This document shows, piece after piece, positions 53,901-64,000 of a stretch of 64,000 bases of DNA. Numbering within the stretch: the stretch's first letter is position 1; every line of letters starts with the position of its first letter. A program made the translations under genes and the position numbers. The stretch is from Eledone cirrhosa (taxonomy: Eukaryota), in contig OZ024742.1 of assembly GCA_964016885.1 (NCBI GenBank), positions 376,898,001-376,962,000 of the forward strand. Reading direction: 5' to 3'. A model generated the notes under the pieces. The model was not told where the DNA came from, did no database searches, and saw nothing but the letters and a program-made list of their open reading frames with translations.

Positions 53901-56900
53901 ACCAATACTGCCAATCCACCACCCATGCCGTCCAACCCTCTACCTATACTGCCAATCCATCACCCCTGGCGTACGACCCTCTACCGATATTCCCAATCCA
54001 CCACCCATGGCGTCCAACCCTCTACCAATACTGCGAATCCAGCACCCATGGCGTCCAACCCTCTACCAATACTGCCAATCTAACACCCATGGCGTCCAAC
54101 CCTCTACCTATACTGCCAATCTACCAGCCATGGCGTCCAACCCTCTACCAATACTGCCAATCCACCACCCATATCGACCTAACCCTCTACCAATACTGCG
54201 AATCCAGCACCCATGGCGTCCAACCCTCTACCAATACTGCCAATCCACCACCCATGGCGTCCAACCCTCTACCAATACTGCCAATCTAACACCCATGGCG
54301 TCCAACCCTCTACCTATACTGCCAATCCACCACCCATGGCTTCCAACCCTCTACCAATACTGCCAATCCAGCACCCATGGCGTCCAACCCTCTACCTATA
54401 CTGCCAATCCACCACCCATGGCGTCCGACCCTCTATCAATAGTCCCAATCCACCACCCATGGGGTCGAACCCTCTACCAATACTGATAATCCACCACCCA
54501 TGGCTTCCAACCCTCTACCAATACTGCCAATCCAGCACCCAGGGCGTCCGAACCTCTACCAATACTGCCAATCCACCACCCATGGCATCCAAACCTCTAC
54601 CAATACTGCCAATCCACCACCCAAAGCATCCAACCCTCTACCGATACTGCCAATCTACCACCCATAGCGTCCAACCCTCTACCAATACTGCCAATCCACC
54701 ACCCATGGCATCCAACCCTCTACCTATACTGCCAATCCACCACCCAAGGCATCCAAACCTCTACCAATACTGCCAATCCAACACCCATGGCATCCAACCC
54801 TCTACCAATACTGCCAATCCACCACCCATGGCATCCAACCCTCTACCAATACTGCCAATCCACCACCCATGGCGTCCAACCCACTACCTATACTGCCAAT
54901 CCAGCACCCATGGCGTCCAACCCTCTACCAATACTGCCAATCCACCACCCATGGCGTCCAACCCTCTACCAATACTGTCAATCCACCACCCATGGCATCC
55001 AACCCTCTACCTATGCTGACAATCCAACACCCATGGCATCCAACCCTCTACCAATAGCGCGAATCCACCAACCATGGCACCCAACCCTCTACAAATACTG
55101 CCAATCCACCACCCATGGCATCCAACCCTCTACCTGTACTGCCAATCTAACACCCATGGCATCCAACCCTCTACCAATACTGCCAATCCACCATCCATGG
55201 CATCCAACCCTCTACCAATATGGCAATCCAACACCCATGGCATCCAACCCTCTACCAATACTGCCAATCAACCACCCATGGCATCCAACCCTCTACCAAT
55301 ACTGTGAATCCACCACCCATGGCATCCAACCCTCTACCAATACTGCCAATCTAGCAGCCATGGCGTCCAACCCTCTACCAATACTGCCAATCCACCACCC
55401 ATGGCGTCCAAACCTCTACCAATACTGCCAATCCACCACCCATGCCGTCCAACCCTCTACCTATACTGCCAATCCATCACCCCTGGCGTACGACTCTCTA
55501 CCGATATTCCCAATCCACCACCCATGGGGTCGAACCCTCTACCTATACTGCCAATCCACCACCCATGGCGTCCGAACCTTTACCTATAATTCCAATCCAC
55601 CGCACATGGTGTCCAACCCTCCACCAATACTGACAATCCACCACCCATGGCGTCCAACCCTCTACCGATATTTCCAATCCACCACCCATTGCGTCCGACC
55701 CTCTACCAATACTGCCAATCCACCACCCATGGCGTCGAACCCTCTACTAATACTGCCAATCCACCACCCATGGCATCCAACCCTCTACCAATACTGCCAA
55801 TCCACCACCCATGGCGCCCGACCCTCTACCGGTATTCCCAATCCACCACCCATGGGGTCGGACGCTCTACCTATACTGCCAATCCACCACCCAGGCGTCC
55901 GTCCCTCTTCCTGTACTGCCAATCCACCACCCATGGCGTCCAATCCTCTACATATACTGCCAATCCAGCACACATGGCGTCCAACCCTCTACCAATACTG
56001 TCAATTACCACCCATTGCGTCCAACCCTCTACCAATGCTGCCAATCTACCACCCATGGCGTCGAACCCTCTACTAATACTGCCAATCCACCACCCATGGC
56101 GTCCAACCGTCTATCAATACTGCCAATCCACCACCCATGGCGTCCAACCCTCAACCAATACTGTCAATCCACCACCCATGGCGTCCAACCCTCTACCAAT
56201 ACTGCGAATCCACCCCCCAGGGCGTCCGAACCTCTACCAATACTGCCAATCCATCACCCATGGCATCAAACCCTCTACCAATACTGCCAATCCACCACCC
56301 AAAGCATCCAACCCTCTACCGATACTGCCAATCCACCACCCATAGCGTCCAACCCTCTACCAATACTTCCAATCCACCACCCATGTCATCCAACCCTCTA
56401 CCTATACTGCCAATCCACCACCCATGGCATCCAAACCTCTACCAATACTGCCAATCCACCACCCATGGCATCCAAACCTCTACCAATACTGCCAATCCAC
56501 CACCCATGGCATCCAACCCTCTACCAATACTGCCAATCCACCATACATGGCATCCAACCCTCTACCAATACTGCCAATCCAACACCCATGGCATCCAACC
56601 CTCTACCAATACTGCCAATCTACCACCCATGGCATCCAACCCTCTACCAATACTGCCAATCCACCACCCATGGCGTCCAACCCTCTACCAATACTGCCAA
56701 TCCGCCAGCCATGGCATCCAACCCTCTACCTATACTGCCAATCCACCACCCATGGCATCCAACCCTCTACCAATACTGCCAATCCACCTACCATGGCATC
56801 CAACCAGCTACAAATACTGCCAATCCAACACCCATGGCATCCAACACTCTACCAATATTGCCAATCCACCACCCATGGCATCCAACCCTCTACCAATACT

Positions 56901-59900
56901 GCCAATCCACCACCCATGGCATCCAACCCTCTACCAATACTGCCAATCTAGCAGCCATGGCGTCCAACCCTCTACCAATACTGCCAATCCACTACCCATG
57001 GCGTCCAACCCTCTACCAATACTGCCAATCCACCACCCATGGCGTCAAACCCTCTACCTATACTGCCAATCCACCACCCATGGCGTCCGACCCTCTACCT
57101 GTACTGCCAATCCACCACCCATGGCGTCCGACCCTCTACCGATATTCCCAATCCACCACCCATGGGGTCGAACCCTCTACCTATACTGCCAATCCACCAC
57201 CCATGGCGCCCGACCCTCTTCCTGTACTGCCAATCCACCACCCATGGCGTACCACCCTCTACCTATACTGCTAATCCATCACCCATGGCGTCCGAACCTT
57301 TACCTATAATTCCAATCCACCACACATGGTGTCCAACCCTCCACCAATACTGTCAATCCACCACCCATGGCGTCCAACCCTCTACCAATACTGCGAATCC
57401 ACCCCCCAGGGCGTCCGAACCTCTACCAATACTGCCAATCCATCACCCATGGCATCCAACCCTCTACCAATACTGCCAATCCACCACCCAAAGCATCCAA
57501 CCCTCTACCGATACTGCCAATCCACCACCCATAGCGTCCAACCCTCTACCAATACTTCCAATCCACCACCCATGTCATCCAACCCTCTACCTATACTGCC
57601 AATCCATCACCCATGGCATCCAACCCTCTACCAATACTGCCAATCCACCACCCAAAGCATCCAACCCTCTACCGATACTGCCAATCCACCAACCATGGCA
57701 TCCAACCCTCTACCAATACTGCCAATCCACCACCCATGGCATCCAAACCTCTACCAATACTGCCAATCCACCACCCATGGCATCCAAACCTCTACCAATA
57801 CTGCCAATCCACCACCCATGGCATCCAACCCTCTACCAATACTGCCAATCCACCATACATGGCATCCAACCCTCTACCAATACTGCCAATCCAACAGCCA
57901 TGGCATCCAACCCTCTACCAATACTGCCAATCTACCACCCATGGCATCCAACCCTCTACCAATACTGCCAATCCACCACCCATGGCGTCCAACCCTCTAC
58001 CAATACTGCCAATCCACCAGCCATGGCATCCAACCCTCTACCTATACTGCCAATCCACCACCCATGGCATCCAACCCTCTACCAATACTGCCAATCCACC
58101 TACCATGGCATCCAACCAGCTACAAATACTGCCAATCCAACACCCATGGCATCTAACCCTCTACCAATACTGCCAATCTACCACCCATGGCATCCAACAC
58201 TCTACCAATATTGCCAATCCACCACCCATGGCATCCAACCCTCTACCAATACTGCCAATCCACCACCCATGGCATCCAACCCTCTACCAATACTGCCAAT
58301 CTAGCAGCCATGGCGTCCAACCCTCTACCAATACTGCCAATCCACTACCCATGGCGTCCAACCCTTTACCAATACTGCCAATCCACCACCCATGGCGTCA
58401 AACCCTCTACCTATACTGCCAATCCACCACCCATGGCGTCCGACCCTCTACCTGTACTGCCAATCCACCACCCATGGCGTCCGACCCTCTACCGATATTC
58501 CCAATCCACCACCCATGGGGTCGAACCCTCTACCTATACTGCCAATCCACCACCCATGGCGCCCGACCCTCTTCCTGTACTGCCAATCCACCACCCATGG
58601 CGTACCACCCTCTACCTGTACTGCCAATCCACCACCCATGGCGTCCGACCCTCTACCGATATTCCCAATCCACCACCCATGGGGTCGAACCCTCTACCTA
58701 TACTGCCAATCCACCACCCATGGCGCCCGACCCTCTTCCTGTACTGCCAATCCACCACCCATGGCGTCCGACCCTCTACCTGTACTGCCAATCCACCACC
58801 CATGGCGTCCGACCCTCTACCGATATTCCCAATCCACCACCCATGGGGTCGAACCCTCTACCTCTACTGCCAATCCACCACCCATGGCGCCCGACCCTCT
58901 TCCTATACTGCTAATCCATCACCCATGGCGTCCGAACCTTTACCTATAATTCCAATCCACCACACATGGCGTCCAACCCTCTACCAATACTTCCAATCCA
59001 CCACCCATGTCATCCAACCCTCTACCTATACTGCCAATCCATCACCCATGGCATCCAACCCTCTACCAATACTGCCAATCCACCACCCAAAGCATCCAAC
59101 CCTCTACCGATACTGCCAATCCACCAACCATGGCATCCAACCCTCTACCAATACTGCCAATCCACCACCCATGGCATCCAAACCTCTACCAATACTGCCA
59201 ATCCACCACCCATGGCATCCAAACCTCTACCAATACTGCCAATCCACCACCCATGGCATCCAACCCTCTACCAATACTGCCAATCCACCATACATGGCAT
59301 CCAACCCTCTACCAATACTGCCAATCCAACACCCATGGCATCCAACCCTCTACCAATACTGCCAATCTACCACCCATGGCATCCAACCCTCTACCAATAC
59401 TGCCAATCCACCACCCATGGCGTCCAACCCTCTACCAATACTGCCAATCCACCAGCCATGGCATCCAACCCTCTACCTATACTGCCAATCCACCACCCAT
59501 GGCATCCAACCCTCTACCAATACTGCCAATCCACCTACCATGGCATCCAACCAGCTACAAATACTGCCAATCCAACACCCATGGCATCTAACCCTCTACC
59601 AATACTGCCAATCTACCACCCATGGCATCCAACACTCTACCAATATTGCCAATCCACCACCCATGGCATCCAACCCTCTACCAATACTGCCAATCCACCA
59701 CCCATGGCATCCAACCCTCTACCAATACTGCCAATCTAGCAGCCATGGCGTCCAACCCTCTACCAATACTGCCAATCCACTACCCATGGCGTCCAACCCT
59801 TTACCAATACTGCCAATCCACCACCCATGGCGTCAAACCCTCTACCTATACTGCCAATCCACCACCCATGGCGTCCGACCCTCTACCTGTACTGCCAATC

Positions 59901-62900
59901 CACCACCCATGGCGTACCACCCTCTACCTATATTCCCAATCCACCACCCATGGGGTCGAACCCTCTACCTATACTGCCAATCCACCACCCATGGCGCCCG
60001 ACCCTCTTCCTGTACTGCCAATCCACCACCCATGGCGTACCACCCTCTACCTATACTGCTAATCCATCACCCATGGCGTCCGAACCTTTACCTATAATTC
60101 CAATCCACCACACATGGTGTCCAACCCTCCACCAATACTGACAATCCACCACCCATGGCGTCGAACCCTCTATCAATACTGCCAATCCAGCACCCAAGGC
60201 ATCCCACCCTCTACCAATACTGCCAATCCACCACCCATGGCGTCCAACCCTCTACAAATACTGCCAATCCACCACCCATGGCGTCCAACCCTCTACTAAT
60301 ACTGCCAATCCACCACCCATGGAATCCAACCCTCTACCAATACTGCCAATCCACCACCCATTGCGCCCGACCCTCTACCGATATTCCCAATCCACCAACC
60401 ATGGGGTCAAACCCTCTAACTATACAGCCAATCCACCACCCATGGCGTCCGACCCTCTTCCTGTACTGCTAATCCACCACCCATGGCGTCCAATCCTCTA
60501 CCTATACTGCCAATCCAGCACACATGGCGTCCAACCCTCTACCAATACTGTCAATTACCACCCATTGCGTCCAACCTTCTACCAATACTGCCAATCTACC
60601 ACCCAAAGCATCCAACCCTCTACCGATACTGCCAATCTACCACCCATGGCGTCGAACCCTCTACTAATACTGCCAATCCACCACCCATGGCGTCCAACCC
60701 TCTACCAATACTGCCAATCCACCACCCATGGCGTCCAACCATCTACCAATACTGTCAATCCACCACCCATGGCGTCCAACTCTCTACCAATACTGCGAAT
60801 CCACCCCCCTGAACGTCCGAACCTCTACCAATACTGCCAATCCACCACCCAAAGCATCCAACCCTCTACCGATACTGCCAATCCACCACCCATAGCGTCC
60901 AACCCTCTACCAATACTGCCAATCCACCACCCATGGCATCCAAACCTCTACCAATACTGCCAATCCAATACCCATCGCATCCAACCCTCTACCAATACTG
61001 CCAATCCACCACCCATGGCATCCAAACCTCTACCAATACTGCCAATCCACCACCCATAGCATCCAACCCTCTACCAATACTGCCAATCCACCATCCATGG
61101 CATCCAACCCTCTACCAATACTGCCAATCCAACACCCATGGCATCCCACTCTCTACCAATACTGCCAATCTACCACCCATGGCATCCAACCCTCTACCAA
61201 TACTACCAATCCACCACCCATGGCGTCCGACCCTCTACCTATACTGCTAATCCACCACCCATGGCGTCCGAACCTTTAGCTATAATTCCAATCCACCACA
61301 CATGGTGTCCAACCCTCTACCAATACTGACAATCCACCACCCATGGCGTCCAACCCTCTACCGATACTGCCAATCCACCACTCATGGCGTCCGACCCTCT
61401 ACCAATACTGCAAATCCACCACCCATGGCGTCGAACCCTCTATCAATACTGCCAATCCAGCACCCAAGGCATGCCACCCTCTACCAATACTGCCAATCCA
61501 CCACCCATGGCGTCCAACCCTCTACCAATACTGCCAATCCACCACCCATGGCGTCCAACCCTCTACTAATACTGCCAATCCACCACCCATGGCATCCGAC
61601 CCTCTACCAATACTGCCAATCCACCACCCATGGCGCCCGACCCTCTACCGATATTCCCAATCGACCACCCATGGGGTCGAACCCTCTACCTATACTGCCA
61701 ATCCAGCACACATGGCGTCCAAACCTCTACCAATACTGTCAATTGCCACCCATTGCGTCCAACCCTCTACCAATACTGCCAATCTACCACCCAAAGCGTC
61801 GAACCCTCTACTAATACTGCCAATCCACCACCCATGGCGTCCAACCCTCTACCAATACTGCCAATCCACCACCCATGGGGTCGAACCCTCTACTAATACT
61901 GCCAATCCACCACCCATGGCGTCCAACCCTCTACCAATACTGCCAATCCACCACCCATGGCGTCCAACCCTCTACCAATACTGCCAATCCACCACCCATG
62001 GCATCCAACCCTCTACCAATACTGCCAATCCACCACCCATGGCGTCCAACCCTCTACCTATACTGCCAATGCCCCACCCATGGCGTCCAATCCTCTACCT
62101 ATACTGCCAATCCAGCACACATGGCGTCCAACCCTCTACCAATACTGTCAATTACCACCCATGGCGTCCAACCCTCTACCAATACTGCCTATCTACCACC
62201 CATGGCGTCAAAAACCTCTACTAATACTGCCAATCCACTACCATGGCATCCAACCCTCGACCAATACTGCCAATCTACCATCCATGGCGTCGCACCCTCT
62301 ACTAATACTGCCAATCTACCACCCATGGCGTCCAACCCCCTACCAATACTGTCAATCCACCACCCATGGCGTCCAACCCTCTACCAATACTGCGAATCAA
62401 CCACCCATGGCGTCCAACCCTCTACCTATACTGCCAATCCACCACCCATGGCATCCAACCCTCTACCAATACTGCGAATCCACCAACCATGGCATCCAAC
62501 CCTCTACAAATACTGCCAATCCACCACCCATGGCATCCAACCCTCTACCTATACTGCCAATCTAACATCCATGGCATCCAACCCTCTACCAATACTGCCA
62601 ATCCACCACCCATGGCATCCAACCCTCTACCAATACTGCCAATCCAACACCCATGGCATCCAACCCTCTACCAATACTGCCAATCTACCACCCATGGCAT
62701 CCAACCCTCTACCAATATTGCCAATCCACCACGCATGGCATCCAACCCTCCACCAATACTGCCAATCCACCACCCATGGCGTCCAACCCTCTACCAATAC
62801 TGCCAATCTAGCAGCCATGGCGTCCAACCCTCTACCAATACTGCCAATCCACCACCCATGGCGTCCAAACCTCTACCAATACTGCCAATCCACCACCCAT

Positions 62901-64000
62901 GGCGTCCAACCCTCTACATATACTGCCAATCCACCACCCCTGGCGTCCGACCCTCTACCGATATTCCCAATCCACCACCCATGGAGTCGAACCCTCTAAC
63001 TATACTGCCAATCCACCACCCATGGCGTCCGACCCTCTTCCTGTACTGCCAATCCACCACCCATGGCGTCCCACCCTCTACCGATACTGCCAATCCAAAA
63101 CCCATGGCGTCCGACCCTCTACCTATACTGGTAATCCACCACCCATGGCGTCCGAACCTTTACCTATAATTCCAATCCACCACACATGGTGTCCAACCCT
63201 CCACCAATACTTCAATCCACCACCCATGGCGTCCAACCCTCTACCGATACTGCCAATCCACCACCCATGGCGTCCGACCCTCTACCAATACTGCCAATCC
63301 ACCACCCATGGCGTCTAACCCTCTATCAATACTGCCAATCCAGCACCCAAGGGATCCCACCCTCTACCAATACTGCCAGTCCATCACCCATGGGGTCGAA
63401 CCCTCTACCAATACTGCCAATCCACCACCCATGGCGTCCAACGCTCTACTAATACTGCCAATCCATCACCCATGGCATCCAACCCTCTACCAATACTGTC
63501 AATTACCACCCATTGAGTCCAACCCTCTACCAATACTGACAATCTACCACCCATGGCGTCGAACCCTCTACTAATACTGCCAATCCACCACCCATGGCGT
63601 CCAACCCTCTACCAATACTGCCAATCCACCACTCATGGCGTCCAACCATCTACCAATACTGTCAATCCACCACCCATGGCGTCCAACCCTCTACCAATAC
63701 TGCGAATCCACCCCCAGGGCGTCCGAACCTCTACCAATACTGCCAATCCACCACCCATGGCATCCAACCCTCTACCAATGCTGCCTATCCACCAGCCAAA
63801 CCATCCAACCCTCTACCGTTACTGCCAATCCACCACCCATAGCGTCCAACCCTCTACCAATACTGCCAATCCACCACCCATGGCATCCAAACCTCTTCCA
63901 ATACTGCCAATCCAACACCCATGGCATCCAACCCTCTACCAATACTGCCAATCCACCACCCATGGCATCCAAACCTCTACCAATACTGCCAATCCACCAC
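17948..64000. repeat. 41-bp tandem satellite array, about 1,120 monomers, continuing past the window end
   Basis: Consensus CCATGGCATCCAACCCTCTACCAATACTGCCAATCCACCAC (19 C, 12 A, 7 T, 3 G; NcoI site in most monomers). Single orientation, no foreign insertion seen. Confidence 0.99.

Noticed and set aside
18031-63842. Hundreds of long Pro/His-rich plus-strand ORFs (up to 934 aa) with a 41-aa repeat MASNPLPILPIHHPWHPTLYQYCQSTTHGIQPSTNTANPPP
   Set aside because: The 41-bp monomer lacks stop codons on this strand and is not a multiple of 3, so all three frames give the same peptide. Stops and 1-bp indels occur freely. This is a satellite artefact, not an adhesive or mucin-like gene.
17948-64000. 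CRISPR-like array
   Set aside because: There are no unique spacers, monomers are head-to-tail, no cas genes are present, and the context is eukaryotic.
17948-64000. Tandem tRNA gene cluster
   Set aside because: Monomers contain only an A-box/D-arm-like half. There is no B box, T arm or 3' acceptor strand except once, in the SINE.

Overview
Eukaryotic, repeat-saturated DNA with no recognisable host gene. The SINE, RTE, R4 and Penelope families and the microsatellite style suggest a cephalopod (octopus-like) genome, which is an inference. Bases 1-17.9 kb are nested, decayed transposons: a near-full-length RTE LINE (APE, RT, three C2H2 fingers) split by a Dong/R4-like RLE LINE in an (ATT)n tract; two more RLE LINE 3' fragments in its (TATG)n tail; an RTE-derived short non-autonomous element; mariner remnants; two RTE 3' fragments; two Penelope-like GIY-YIG fragments with inverted pLTRs carrying hammerhead ribozymes; a third hammerhead between 199-bp direct repeats; and a fold-back MITE. 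From about 17,948 to the window end is a 41-bp satellite (about 1,120 monomers, consensus CCATGGCATCCAACCCTCTACCAATACTGCCAATCCACCAC) with higher-order structure. The main observation is that, on the minus strand, the monomer looks like the A-box-containing 5' head of a tRNA-derived Nin/Deu-domain SINE. The array runs directly into the rest of that SINE (B box, Nin/Deu domain, 3' end) at its left border. The many Pro/His-rich ORFs in the array are repeat artefacts.
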